From an uncultured delta proteobacterium (GTDB taxonomy: Bacteria; Desulfobacterota; Binatia; Binatales; Binataceae), in NCBI GenBank assembly GCA_963801665.1, contig CAWDFL010000003.1:280901-344900 (forward strand): a stretch of 64,000 nt of DNA, given 5' to 3'. The notes under the pieces were generated by a model. That model saw only the letters and a list, made by a program, of their open reading frames with translations, made no database searches and had not been told where the DNA came from. The translations under genes were made by a program, and so were the position numbers. Shown here piece by piece: positions 1 to 9,859 of the stretch. The first letter of the stretch is position 1, and each line of letters begins with the position of its first letter.

Positions 1-577
1 ATTTAGGATCCTGCATCGGGAGCATCGCGGCGAAGTAGAGCCGCTCCGGATTCTCCTGGCAATACTCGTAGGCCCAATCGTTGTACGCCTTGCACATCGC
101 CTTGGCGCCGACCGCGTTGAGCAGCCACGGATAGGTGTCGATGTCGGTGGGAATGATCATCACCTGGTCGATACCCTGCACGTCCATGTCGCGCAGGCGC
201 GGCTTGGGCTCGTAGGAACCGTTGTGATCGATATACTCAGCCTGTTCCTTGGTGAGCGCGGTTTTGGGATTCAGGTTGCGGACGTTGAGCGCGCGCTGGA
301 TATCGTGCTTGAGCCCGGGACCGGCAAGCGAAAGCACGTTGACCATTCCGGCCGCGCCGCCGATCCGCTGCGAGCCGATTCCCGCGCCGCCCTTGCCATT
401 GACTATTAGCTGATCGGTTTCGGGATCGTACCAGATGGTATTTTTGAGCGCCTCGTATTCGTCTTTGGTCAGCCAGTCTTTCGCGCGCTCCCACAGCCAT
501 GGCGGCTCGGTCACGTGCGCATCGCAATCGAAGGTCGGGAAATTTTTCGTCATCGGCGCAAATTTCTGAATCGGCAT
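1..577 (-). CDS. Amidohydrolase family protein (Amidohydro_2-like), 5' part; runs off the left edge
   Basis: Frame not in the ORF track, read by hand from ATG at 577: MPIQKFAPMTKNFPTFDCDAHVTEPPWLWERAKDW...RLRDMDVQGIDQVMIIPT...CKAYNDWAYEYCQENPERL. Has the DxDxH metal motif; GAGGTG RBS upstream. Confidence 0.85.
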   Translation of the reverse strand, partial: MPIQKFAPMTKNFPTFDCDAHVTEPPWLWERAKDWLTKDEYEALKNTIWYDPETDQLIVNGKGGAGIGSQRIGGAAGMVNVLSLAGPGLKHDIQRALNVRNLNPKTALTKEQAEYIDHNGSYEPKPRLRDMDVQGIDQVMIIPTDIDTYPWLLNAVGAKAMCKAYNDWAYEYCQENPERLYFAAMLPMQDPK

Positions 578-622
578 ACTGCACCTCGCCTATTCGCGGC
601 GACTCAGTTGATTAGCAAGTGA

Positions 623-1621
623 CTATTCAGTCTCGAGCCACGTCTCGGGCATCGTGATTGCGCCATGCCGCGCGAAGATCGCGTCGATCTCTTTCATATC
701 GGCGTCCGAGATGGACCATCTGAGCGCGCCGGCGTTGTCGTCAACTTCGCGCGGATTTCGGCATCCCACGAGCGCCGTGCTGATCACCGGATTCGAGAGC
801 GTCCAGCGCAGCGCAAGCTGCGGAAGCGATTTGTGGTAGCGCTTCGCGATTTGTTTCAGATCCTCGACCGCGCGCAGGTTGTTGAGGAAATGCTCGGGGC
901 CGAACAGATGCTGAAACAGGTTGATATTGCCGAGCTTGCCGCGGCGCGAGCGCCAGTCGCCCTTCTCGAACGCCGACTCCTCGCTGAGCGTGCCGGTCAG
1001 CATCCCGTACGCGAGTGAACCGTAGGCCATCACGCCGATGCCGTTTTCGCGGCAGTACGGGAAAATTTCTTTTTGCATGCGCCGATCGAACATGTTCCAG
1101 CAGTACTGGACCACATCCACGCGCCGCGTGCGCGCGCATCGTTCGATCTCGCTGAGCCTGAAATTGGACAGACCGACGGCCCTGACCTTACCCGCCTTGA
1201 CCAGCTCGTCGAGCGCCTGCATCGGCTCCTCGAACGGCGTGACCCGATCGGGCCAGTGGATCAGATAGGCGTCGACGTAGTCGGTGTTGAGCGCCTTGAG
1301 GCTCTTGTCGATCGACTCGACGACGCGCTTGCGGGTGCTGTCGCGATAGTTGGGTGTGTCGGGATAGCCGACGCCAAACTTGGTCGTGATAACGGCTTCC
1401 TTGCGGCGCGAGCCGAGCGCTTTGGCGAGCGATTTTTCCGACGCGCCAAAGCCGTACGCCTCGGCAGTATCGAAGCAGTTGATCCCGAGATCGAGCGCGC
1501 GATTAACCGCCTTGATAAACTCTGATTCTTCGATACTTCCGTAGCCGCCGCCAATCTCCCAGCATCCGAAGCCGACGGCGGAGATCTGAATACCGGTCTT
1601 GCCAAATGGTCGGAGTTCCAT
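623..1621 (-). CDS. Aldo/keto reductase
   Basis: MELRPFGKTGIQISAVGFGCW, FDTAEAYG, TKFG, YLIHWPD, GKVRAVGLSNF motifs. Likely start at the ATG at 1621. Confidence 0.92.
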   Translation of the reverse strand: MELRPFGKTGIQISAVGFGCWEIGGGYGSIEESEFIKAVNRALDLGINCFDTAEAYGFGASEKSLAKALGSRRKEAVITTKFGVGYPDTPNYRDSTRKRVVESIDKSLKALNTDYVDAYLIHWPDRVTPFEEPMQALDELVKAGKVRAVGLSNFRLSEIERCARTRRVDVVQYCWNMFDRRMQKEIFPYCRENGIGVMAYGSLAYGMLTGTLSEESAFEKGDWRSRRGKLGNINLFQHLFGPEHFLNNLRAVEDLKQIAKRYHKSLPQLALRWTLSNPVISTALVGCRNPREVDDNAGALRWSISDADMKEIDAIFARHGAITMPETWLETE

Positions 1622-1729
1622 ACGCTGCCTCCGGGCGAGATCATCACGCTCGAAGGCCACGCTAGTTCCGATCGAATTTTTTGTCAAAGCGGATTGGGCT
1701 GGACGCGATCTATTGTGTATTCGCGCACT

Positions 1730-2137
1730 TCAAGCACGAGCGGTCGGCGACCGCGCGGCAATCAGCACGGCGAGCGCGAGAATAACGAGCACCGCCGCAT
1801 TGAAAGGCGCTCCGGGCACGGCGACCGGCAACGTTCGGTAGAAGTACAAATTGGCCACGCCGAGAAGGGTTTCCACCGTTTGAATGACCAGCGCGAGCAG
1901 GACGAGATCGCGCCGCAGCGCGAGCACGTAAAGCTGAAACCCTCCTGCAACGAGTTGGTGAAATCCCATCAGCGCGAACAGGCTCAGGATGGTCTGGCGC
2001 GCGGCCGACAGATCGAGACCCGCGATCGAGTGGGCGCCTCCGTCCGGCGCAAAGGCGTGGATTGAGCCGCGGCCGAAATTCGTCAGCATCATCAGTCCCA
2101 GTACGACGCACGGAACATATCGGATGACCGCCTTCAT
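1730..2137 (-). CDS. Small membrane protein, about 4 TM helices, unknown function
   Basis: Hydrophobic 135-aa ORF; its start overlaps the upstream stop by 4 nt. Confidence 0.7.
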   Translation of the reverse strand: MKAVIRYVPCVVLGLMMLTNFGRGSIHAFAPDGGAHSIAGLDLSAARQTILSLFALMGFHQLVAGGFQLYVLALRRDLVLLALVIQTVETLLGVANLYFYRTLPVAVPGAPFNAAVLVILALAVLIAARSPTARA

Positions 2138-2541
2138 CGCTGCGACACGCAGATCAGCAGTTGGCCCTCGAGGCCGGCCGCGCGATGCACGCCAATCTCG
2201 GCGACTTCGGGTGAGGTTGCAATCTTCACGAACGCCGCCGGCGACGGATATTCAACAAGTCCCGCGAGGTCCCAATTGGTTTCGACTTCGCCGATCGCAA
2301 GGTACTTTACGTCGCCGACAAAGAGGAATTTTCCTCCCTCGCGCTCGACGATCTTGCGCATCGCCTCGGCGTATATCGCGTACGCCTGCGCGCCCGTAAG
2401 ATCGTTCTTGCGGCCGTCTGGATACTGCGCCGCGACTCGAAATTTAAGCAGGTTGAGCATCACGATCGGTTTGGGCGAGGGATCGTTGCGGAGCGCATCG
2501 ATCTGTTTGGCTGTCGGGTAGAGTGCATTTTCGACTTTCAT
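2134..2541 (-). CDS. DUF1330-like (dimeric alpha/beta barrel) protein
   Basis: PIVMLNLLKFR...TGAQAYAIY...WDLAGLVEYPSPAAF...HRAAGLEGQLLI pattern. Confidence 0.8.
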   Translation of the reverse strand: MKVENALYPTAKQIDALRNDPSPKPIVMLNLLKFRVAAQYPDGRKNDLTGAQAYAIYAEAMRKIVEREGGKFLFVGDVKYLAIGEVETNWDLAGLVEYPSPAAFVKIATSPEVAEIGVHRAAGLEGQLLICVSQR

Positions 2542-2553
2542 TTCCGGTTTCTC

Positions 2554-3460
2554 CTACAGCGTCCCGCGGATGAATTCGTCCAGCACTCGTGTTACCTCTT
2601 CCGGTCGATCCTCCTGCAGAAAGTGTCCCGCGCCGGCGATCGTGACGTGGCGCCGTCCTTTCGCTCCTGGCACGCGTTCCTGAAACGCCTTTTCACCACC
2701 TTTCGTGACTGGATCGGAATCCGAAAAGGCCGTGAGAAATGGCTTCTCGAATTTCTCGAGCGCCTCCCATGCTCTCTTGTTCTCGGCGACCGACCCGTGC
2801 TGGGGAGTGATCGGCACGAGTGCGGGAAATATCCGCGCGCCCGGCCTTATAGGATTCCTCAGGAAAAGGTGCGTTGTATGCGTCGATTTCGGCCGGCGAG
2901 AGTCGGCGCGTCGTGCCCATGTTCACGATTTCTCCGACCGGAAGTTCAGGAACAGTCTGGCTGAAGTTGAGCCACTGCTCGAAAGCGGGCGAAAAGCCCA
3001 GGCCTACGGGCAGGCCCGTATTGGCCGCCACTACGCGCGCGAACCTATCGGGAAACGCGGCTACGAGCCGCAGGCCTATCAACCCGCCCCAATCCTGGCA
3101 GAAGAGCGTGATATTTTTGAGGTCGAGCGCGCTCAGCCAATCGCTCATCCAGCGGACGTGACGTTCGTAGGTGTAGTCGGATCTCTCTGCCGGCTTGTCG
3201 GAGCGGCCGAAGCCGACCAGATCGGGCGCTACCGCGCGATACCCTTTCGCCGCGAGTCCCGCAATTACTTTGCGATAAAGGAACGACCACGACGGCTCAC
3301 CATGCATCAGAAGGACGGGCGAGGCATTCGCGGAGCCTTCGTCCAGGTAGTGAATCCGCAAAGACGTACCGTCAGCATCTTTCACTTCGCGGTAGTGCGG
3401 CGCGAATGGAAAATCCGGCAGGTTGGCAAATTGCTGGTCTGGCGTTCTGAAAACTTTCAC
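2554..3460 (-). CDS. Haloalkane dehalogenase, split by a +1 frameshift near 2840 (probable sequencing error or recent pseudogene)
   Basis: [21 protein letters not shown] (Asp nucleophile) and GAGHFLQED. Removing one G in GCCGGGCGCG restores [16 protein letters not shown] and joins ORFs 2693..3460 and 2554..2817. Confidence 0.85.
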
Positions 3461-3492
3461 CAGTGAACCTCCTTGTTCGGCAGGTAATATAT

Positions 3493-3509
3493 TGGCATAG
3501 TTAGTGCCA
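3493..3509. promoter_or_regulatory. Palindrome TGGCA-N7-TGCCA, candidate operator of the divergent TetR
   Basis: Inverted repeat in the AT-rich gap between the dehalogenase operon and the TetR gene. Confidence 0.45.
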
Positions 3510-3580
3510 CTTTATTTTCCACCGGTCAAGATGCTCGAAATAACGATTGAATGTAATATCTATATTGCGAAAATAGACGG

Positions 3581-4234
3581 ATGACGGGCCAGTCCCCACC
3601 TGCGCACGCGACGCACGACCGGAAACTGATTGCAACGACGATGCATATCGGCACATCCAAACCAGAACAGACCGATGGCCGTCGGCAGCGCAGCGAAGCA
3701 AGCCGCGAGCGTATCGTCCATGCGATGCTGGAGCTGGTTGGTGTGGGCTTCGTTACACCCAGCGCAGAGGCCGTTGCGGCACGCGCGGGTGTGGGGCTAC
3801 GCACAGTTTTCCGTCACTTCGATAACATGGAAAGCCTGTATCAGCAGATCAATGCGGTGATGTCCGCCGAGATTCGCCCCATGGCCGATCGTCCCTTCTC
3901 TGCGCGTGAGTGGAGGGCTCAGGTGGATGAATTGATCGACCGGCGCATCCTCATTTTCGAACGCATCATGCCGTTCAAGATCGCAGCGGACCTCCACCGG
4001 CATCATTCGCCGTTTCTTGCCGAGCGCTGGGCCGAGATGACGCGGGAGCAGCGCGAGTCGGTCAGCCGCGTTCTGCCCAAAAAGCAGCGCTATGATGCTC
4101 CATTCTTCGAGAGCCTTGATCTGGTTTTGAGTTTCGAGACCTGGCGGCGGTTGCGCAAGGATCAGAAGCTCGCTGTGCCTCGAGCCCGGCAGGTGCTCGA
4201 GCGGCTGGTCGGCGCGCTGCTCAAATCCGAGTAG
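3581..4234 (+). CDS. TetR/AcrR family regulator
   Basis: DGRRQRSEASRERIV...AEAVAARAGVGLRTVFRHF HTH. The start may be 3641. Confidence 0.88.
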   Translation: MTGQSPPAHATHDRKLIATTMHIGTSKPEQTDGRRQRSEASRERIVHAMLELVGVGFVTPSAEAVAARAGVGLRTVFRHFDNMESLYQQINAVMSAEIRPMADRPFSAREWRAQVDELIDRRILIFERIMPFKIAADLHRHHSPFLAERWAEMTREQRESVSRVLPKKQRYDAPFFESLDLVLSFETWRRLRKDQKLAVPRARQVLERLVGALLKSE

Positions 4235-4245
4235 TCGTATCAGTC

Positions 4246-4968
4246 TCAAATCGCGCCGGGGAGCAGGGCGCGGAGGCGGTTTGCGAGGTCGGGTGCCGAC
4301 GACTCGTGCTTGAAGTACGCGAATACGTCGGCGCCGTCATCAGCAAACTCGGCGATGCGTTTGGCCCACTCCGCGAGCCCTGCATCGTCGTAATTTTCCA
4401 TCCGCAGCCGCAGGTAAACGTATGCTGCCGTCCGCACCACCGGCGTCGCGAGCTTTTCGCTCTCGGCAATACAGAGAGCAGCCTTCGCGCCGGAGAGCGT
4501 GGCTAGGGTTGAATCGTCGAACCATGATTTATCGCGGAACTCGAACGCGACCGGCATCCGTCCGCCCAGTTGAGCGAGAAAATCCTTCAGCAGATCCGTG
4601 TCGCGCTTGAAGTTCGGCGGAAGCTGGAACAGCGTCGGCGCGACACGCTCGCCCAGCGCGCCTGCGGTCTCGATAAAGTAGTCGAGCACCTCCGCGGTGC
4701 CGCGTAATTTGGCGAAGTGAGTAATGCGCTGCGGAGCCTTGAGCGCGAAGCGGAAGTGCGCGGGGGTTTTGGCAGCCCAGCCTTCCAGCAGCTTGCGCGT
4801 CGGCAGGCGGCGGAAGGTCATGTTGATTTCAACCGTCGGCAAACGCTCGGCGTAGTACTCGAGCATCTTTGCGCCGGCCGTCTTCGGCGGATAAAATCCG
4901 CCGACCCATTCCTTGTAGCTAAACCCCGAAGTTCCGATCCGAATCGCACCAGCCTGCCGCTCGCTCAT
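4246..4968 (-). CDS. DUF72 domain protein
   Basis: IGTSGFSYKEW, VEINMTF, FALKAPQRITH, LFQLPPNF, FEFR, YLRLR motifs. Confidence 0.9.
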   Translation of the reverse strand: MSERQAGAIRIGTSGFSYKEWVGGFYPPKTAGAKMLEYYAERLPTVEINMTFRRLPTRKLLEGWAAKTPAHFRFALKAPQRITHFAKLRGTAEVLDYFIETAGALGERVAPTLFQLPPNFKRDTDLLKDFLAQLGGRMPVAFEFRDKSWFDDSTLATLSGAKAALCIAESEKLATPVVRTAAYVYLRLRMENYDDAGLAEWAKRIAEFADDGADVFAYFKHESSAPDLANRLRALLPGAI

Positions 4969-5186
4969 CGATCTCGACCGCCGTATGGAATTTACTTGTA
5001 CATGAGCACGGTCTCGTGCCGATTACCATCATGTTGACAGATCCGCACCTCGGCAGTTTTCCTAGGGCGGAGTTTCAAGCCGAGTATGTATTGCGAAGCA
5101 AAGCGAAGACGGGAATCGTCCGCGGCACAGGGGGCGCCCGTTCATCCCGGCCTGGCGCTTCGCAGCGTGGCACGATAGCGTAGGCC

Positions 5187-6014
5187 ATGGGCCACAAAGA
5201 TGCGATCGGATCGATGCCACTGTATACGCACCTCGAGCGCATCGACAAAGGGTTGGCCGCGGTAGGAATCGGCCCGCGTGATTCGATTCGTCCCGACCAA
5301 CTATTTCCGCTGGATCAGTTGCACTATCACGGCACGGACGCCATCCGCGCTGCTTCCGAACTGCTTGGACTAGGTCCCGCAAGCCGCGTGCTCGACATCG
5401 GCGCAGGAGTTGGAGGCCCGGCGCGTTACCTCGCGCACACGACCGGCTGCCATGTGACGGCGCTCGAACTTCAGCCTGAACTGCATGCGATCGGCGAAGA
5501 TCTAACGCGGCGCTGTGGTCTTGCCGGCCGGGTCAGCCACGTGTGCGCCGACGCGCTCACCCATCCAATCTCCGATGCGGCGTTTGACGCGGTTGTGAGC
5601 TGGTTAGCAGTGTTGCACATACCGGACCGCCGCCTCCTGTGCTCGCGGTTCGCACGCGCCCTGCGTCCGGGCGGCATGTGCTATATCGAAGATCTCTGTA
5701 TGCGCGCGCCGTTCGCAAATCACGATCTGCGCGACCTACGCGAGGTTGTCTTCGGCGTTACGGTCACGAGCATCGATGAGTACCTCGAAGACCTCCGTTC
5801 CGCCGGCTTCCCGAACGTTGTGGCAACCGACCTAACCAGTGATTGGGCGCCTTACGCCGCCGACCGGTTAAAAGCGTGGCGAGAGAACCGTGCCTCGTAC
5901 GTTTCGATTCATGGGGAGGGAGCTTATGCCGCCCAGGAAATGTTCTACGCGGTAATCACACGTTTGTACGACAGCGGCAGCCTGGGCGGCGTCCGGCTGG
6001 TTGGGCGAGTCTGA
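5187..6014 (+). CDS. Class I SAM-dependent methyltransferase (sarcosine/dimethylglycine N-methyltransferase-like)
   Basis: DQLHYHG, VLDIGAGVGGPARYLA, FDAVVSWLAVLHIPD, LRPGG motifs. Confidence 0.85.
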   Translation: MGHKDAIGSMPLYTHLERIDKGLAAVGIGPRDSIRPDQLFPLDQLHYHGTDAIRAASELLGLGPASRVLDIGAGVGGPARYLAHTTGCHVTALELQPELHAIGEDLTRRCGLAGRVSHVCADALTHPISDAAFDAVVSWLAVLHIPDRRLLCSRFARALRPGGMCYIEDLCMRAPFANHDLRDLREVVFGVTVTSIDEYLEDLRSAGFPNVVATDLTSDWAPYAADRLKAWRENRASYVSIHGEGAYAAQEMFYAVITRLYDSGSLGGVRLVGRV

Positions 6015-6132
6015 ATTGCGACGAAAATTGTCCTTGGAGCTCGCGATCCTTTCTCGCGCGTTCAGCCGAGCCTTCTCGCGCACAGCGGAAGCGCGGAGAT
6101 AGCGCGCCTCAGGCAGGAAGCCCGACAATACT

Positions 6133-6618
6133 TCAAGTGCGCCACGCGAGTAGATCGTCCGCAAATCTGCGCATCAGGCGGGCGAGGTTCTGAAGGTCTT
6201 TCTTGCTCCAGTTAGCAAGCAGGATCGACCCGATGCGTTCACGGGCTGCGTCAAGAGCGTCCGTCATCGCGCGGCCTTTGGCCGTGATCGTCGCTTCGCG
6301 GACCCGCTGGTCGTCTTTGGATGCGCGGCGTGCGACGAGCCTTAGGCTTTCGAGCTTTGCCACCTGGCGGCTGACCGTCGTGGAATCCCGACCCACGAGA
6401 TCCGCCAGTTCGCCCACGCCGATCGGTCCCCTTCGTTCGATTCCGACCAGCAGGGGAAACAGCGCCCGGTCCAGAGAGATGCCCGCTTCCCGGATAAGCG
6501 CCGTGTCGCGTTGTGGCCGGTTCATCATCCCGAGCAAGTCGATGAGGGTATGGTGCAGGTGGCGGATCTCTTTGGTCATCCGTTCAGAGCCATTTCCGAT
6601 TGATGGTTTACTCGCCAT
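6133..6618 (-). CDS. MarR family regulator
   Basis: GELADLVGRDSTTVSRQVAKLE...DDQRVREATITAKG; divergent from the FAD monooxygenase. Confidence 0.88.
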   Translation of the reverse strand: MASKPSIGNGSERMTKEIRHLHHTLIDLLGMMNRPQRDTALIREAGISLDRALFPLLVGIERRGPIGVGELADLVGRDSTTVSRQVAKLESLRLVARRASKDDQRVREATITAKGRAMTDALDAARERIGSILLANWSKKDLQNLARLMRRFADDLLAWRT

Positions 6619-6639
6619 TATGCGTATAATACACATAAT
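6617..6639. promoter_or_regulatory. MarR operator-like palindrome ATTATGCGTA-TAA-TACACATAAT
   Basis: Near-perfect 10-bp inverted repeat between the divergent marR and monooxygenase genes. Confidence 0.6.
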
Positions 6640-6665
6640 TAAATTGCAGTGAAGGAGCTGCCCGC

Positions 6666-8168
6666 ATGAAACAGCAGTTCACGACAGAGGTTCTGATCGT
6701 CGGCGCGGGGGCGGCAGGATTGACCCTGGCAATCGATTTGGCCCGCCGCAACGTCGCGTTTCGCTTGATCGACAAACTGCCCAGCCCGTTCGCGGGCTCG
6801 CGCGGCAAAGGCATCCAGCCGCGCAGCCAGGAAGTATTCGAGGATCTGGGCGTTATCGACCGGCTCGTGGCCGTCGGCGGGACCTATCCGCCGCAGCGCG
6901 AATATCGGGAGGATGGCAGCTATCAAGACTCGCCGGTGATGGAGCAGCACGCGGCCACGCCGGACGAGCCCTATCTGATCCCGCTGATGGTGCCGCAATT
7001 CCTGACCGAGGCGGTGCTGCGCGAGCGCCTTGTGGAACTCGGGCACCGTCCGCATTTCGGCTGCGAGCTTAAGGCTTTCGAGCAGGACGCTGACCGCGTA
7101 ACGGCTCATGTCGTGAGCGCCGATTGCGAGGAGACCGTGCGAGCCCGCTATCTGGTCGGCACCGACGGCGGCAAGAGCTACGTCCGGCACGCGTTGAACA
7201 TCGAATTCCCCGGAAAGACCTTGGGGGTCAGAGCCGTGGTCGCGGACGTTCGGCTGGAGGGCCTCGGCACCGACGCGTGGCATCGGTTCAACGAGGGCTC
7301 GATGGGAAAGCAGATCTCATTTTGTCCGCTGCGCGGGACCGACATGTTCCAGGTGCAAGCGCCGATCCCGATCGAGGGTGATATGGATCTCTCGCCCGAG
7401 GGATTGACGGAATGGGCGGCCACGCGCACCGGCCGCAAGGACATAGTGATTCGCGAGGTCCTGTGGGGTTCCGCTTATGAGATGAACGCGCGCATGGCCG
7501 ACAAATACCAGGTCGGCCGCGTCATCATCGGCGGCGATGCCGCACATATCCATCCGCCGACGGGAGGCCAGGGTCTAAATACCAGCGTGCAGGACGCCTA
7601 TAATCTCGGATGGAAGCTTGCGGCCGTGATCAACGGCGCACCGGAGAAACTGCTCGCGACCTACGAGGAAGAACGTCGCCCGATCGCGGCGGAGATGCTC
7701 GGCCTCTCGACTAAACTGCTGCAGGCCGCCAGAGAGCGGGGCAGTATGCGTCGCGGGCGCGAGACGCATCAACTCGATTTGGGTTATCCCCAATCGAGCC
7801 TGTCTCTCAATAAACCGGCGCTATCTCCGGAACGCGTGATGGCCGGAGACCGCGCCCCGGACGCTCCCATCAAGGGCGCGGCGGGCCAACCCACGCGGCT
7901 GTTCAAAGTCTTTCAGGGTGCGCACTGGACTTTGCTCGGTTACCAGGCCTGCCGCGAGGCGATCGCGCCGCGCCGCGGCTTGCACGTCCATACGGTCGGC
8001 GTGCGCGGAGACATCATCGATGAGAGCGGATACGTTCGCGACGCCTACGGCGTCTCGGCTGGCGACTGGGTGCTGGTCCGGCCGGACGGCTATATCGGAG
8101 CGATCATATCGTCCGGCGAGATAGCGGCCTTAAGCCGATATCTGGACGATGTCGGCATCGCCGCGTAA
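6666..8168 (+). CDS. FAD-dependent monooxygenase (FAD_binding_3 / PheA-TfdB-like)
   Basis: GAGAAG, DG motif (VGTDGGKS), GDAAHIHPPTGGQGLNTSVQDA, and a C-terminal LVRPDGY thioredoxin-like domain. Confidence 0.92.
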   Translation: MKQQFTTEVLIVGAGAAGLTLAIDLARRNVAFRLIDKLPSPFAGSRGKGIQPRSQEVFEDLGVIDRLVAVGGTYPPQREYREDGSYQDSPVMEQHAATPDEPYLIPLMVPQFLTEAVLRERLVELGHRPHFGCELKAFEQDADRVTAHVVSADCEETVRARYLVGTDGGKSYVRHALNIEFPGKTLGVRAVVADVRLEGLGTDAWHRFNEGSMGKQISFCPLRGTDMFQVQAPIPIEGDMDLSPEGLTEWAATRTGRKDIVIREVLWGSAYEMNARMADKYQVGRVIIGGDAAHIHPPTGGQGLNTSVQDAYNLGWKLAAVINGAPEKLLATYEEERRPIAAEMLGLSTKLLQAARERGSMRRGRETHQLDLGYPQSSLSLNKPALSPERVMAGDRAPDAPIKGAAGQPTRLFKVFQGAHWTLLGYQACREAIAPRRGLHVHTVGVRGDIIDESGYVRDAYGVSAGDWVLVRPDGYIGAIISSGEIAALSRYLDDVGIAA

Positions 8169-8244
8169 CCCGCCGCGGCTTTCGGGATAAATCGGGCACC
8201 GACTGCAAGTGGGCTATCTTTGGTGTTGCTTCCTGACGCCCAGA

Positions 8245-8420
8245 AGAGGGTGTCGATTTTCCCGCAAACCCTCCGTTGGTGTCATCTTGAGCCACAGGCG
8301 AAAGATCTCCGCGAAGCGATTAGTGCAACCAACTTGGGCTTTGCGCACTAATCGCTGCGCGGAGATCCTTCACTTCGTTCAGGATGACAGACAAGAACTC
8401 GGCGTTTATCGACAGCCTCT
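8245..8420. repeat. MITE/REP-doublet-like palindromic element
   Basis: Outer inverted repeat AGAGGGTGTCGAT (8245) / ATCGACAGCCTCT (8420). It encloses TGTCATC...GATGACA ends (8280-8389) and a 23-bp inner inverted repeat with one mismatch. Confidence 0.7.
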
Positions 8421-8439
8421 AGAAGGGCGAATCTCCTTC

Positions 8440-9831
8440 CTAGGTGCTTTTGACCTGTCCTAGAAGATAGATCAATCCCTCGGACATTGTCGGATGAGCG
8501 AAGATCGTATCGCGCAACACGGTGTATGGCAGCCGCCCAACCATCGCGGTTTGAACTGCCCCCATCAGCTCACTTGCCTCGATGCCAAAAGCGGTGAAGC
8601 CCACGATTTGGTCGCTGTCTTTGCCGATCAGCATCTTCATAAAGCCGCGGGGTTCGGCAATCGTGTGGGTGCGGAGCACATTTGCCATCGGCAGTTTCGC
8701 GACGCGATATTCGATTTTGTCGCGCCTCGCCTCGGTCTCGTTGCGGCCCACGCGCGCCAGCTCCGGATCGGTGAACATGCAGAACGGCACGATCCGATCC
8801 TTCGTGGTTCGATTGCCGCCCCTTAAGTTGTCACGCACGACGCGGAAGTCGTGATAGGCGACGTGTGTGAATTGCGGACTGCCCGCGCAATCGCCCATCG
8901 CCCACACGTTGGATGCACTCGTCTCCAGCCGGTCGTTGACCTTGATATAGCCACGCTCGTCGAGCTCGACGCCCACTTGCTCCAGTCCGATTCCTTTCGT
9001 ATTCGGCGTCCGGCCAACGGAGACGAGGAGATCGGTACCTTCGACGATTCGTTCACCGGGACCGTCTTTAGCGTAGACCCGAACCTCCTTCCCTGAATGT
9101 CCCTCGACCTTAAGGACCTGAGTGCCGAGCAACACCTCGATTCCTTCATCGTGAAACAAATCAAGCAGAGCGGCGCCAACCTCCGGATCCTCCCGCTCGG
9201 CGAGCTGCGCGCCTCGTTCGATCACGGTCACCTGCGATCCGAACCGCTGCATTGCCTGCGCGAGTTCAAGGCCTATATAGCCGCCGCCAATTACTATGAG
9301 ATGAGGCGGCAGACGATCGAGATCGAGCAACTCGATATGGGTCATCGGATTCGACGCGGCGAGCCCGGGAACATTGGGCATCGTCGAATGCGAACCCAGG
9401 TCGAGGAACACACGTTCGCCGACAATCCGCCTGGTGCCGCCATCGTTGAGCGCGACCTCGATCGTCCTCGGAGCAAGGAAGCGGCCTTCACCCATGATCA
9501 GTTCTATTCCGGCGTCCGCGGTACGCCTGGCGTGGAACTGATGTTCCGCTTCCACCATATGGCGTTTGCGCCGCTGAACGCCGGCCATGTTGATTCGGAG
9601 CCGATCCATTTCCAGTCCGAATTCAGCGCCGCGCCGCGCGAGCGATGCTACCCGCGCGGAATAGATCACGTTCTTGCTCGGCAGGCATGCGATATTAGGA
9701 CACGAGCCGCCGAGCCATTTCCGCTCGACCATCGCGGTGCGACGACCCTCATCGGCCATCGTCCAGGCGATCCACTTGCCGGCTTCTCCGCTTCCCAGAA
9801 CTAGAGTTTCGTATTTTTCAGTGTCAGCCAT
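8440..9831 (-). CDS. Pyridine nucleotide-disulfide oxidoreductase (RclA/MerA-like class I)
   Basis: GSGEAG, GGSCPNIACLPSK redox disulfide, GGGYIGLE, HPTMSE. No C-terminal Cys pair. Confidence 0.88.
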   Translation of the reverse strand: MADTEKYETLVLGSGEAGKWIAWTMADEGRRTAMVERKWLGGSCPNIACLPSKNVIYSARVASLARRGAEFGLEMDRLRINMAGVQRRKRHMVEAEHQFHARRTADAGIELIMGEGRFLAPRTIEVALNDGGTRRIVGERVFLDLGSHSTMPNVPGLAASNPMTHIELLDLDRLPPHLIVIGGGYIGLELAQAMQRFGSQVTVIERGAQLAEREDPEVGAALLDLFHDEGIEVLLGTQVLKVEGHSGKEVRVYAKDGPGERIVEGTDLLVSVGRTPNTKGIGLEQVGVELDERGYIKVNDRLETSASNVWAMGDCAGSPQFTHVAYHDFRVVRDNLRGGNRTTKDRIVPFCMFTDPELARVGRNETEARRDKIEYRVAKLPMANVLRTHTIAEPRGFMKMLIGKDSDQIVGFTAFGIEASELMGAVQTAMVGRLPYTVLRDTIFAHPTMSEGLIYLLGQVKST

Positions 9832-9859
9832 GGACTCGTCTCCTGATTAGCGAAGGCGA

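Noticed and set aside
237-584. 115-aa ORF from the track
   Set aside because: Wrong frame; the amidohydrolase frame starting at 577 is the coding one.
8440-9831. Mercuric reductase merA
   Set aside because: No C-terminal Cys-Cys pair, no NmerA domain and no mer operon genes nearby; better called RclA-like.
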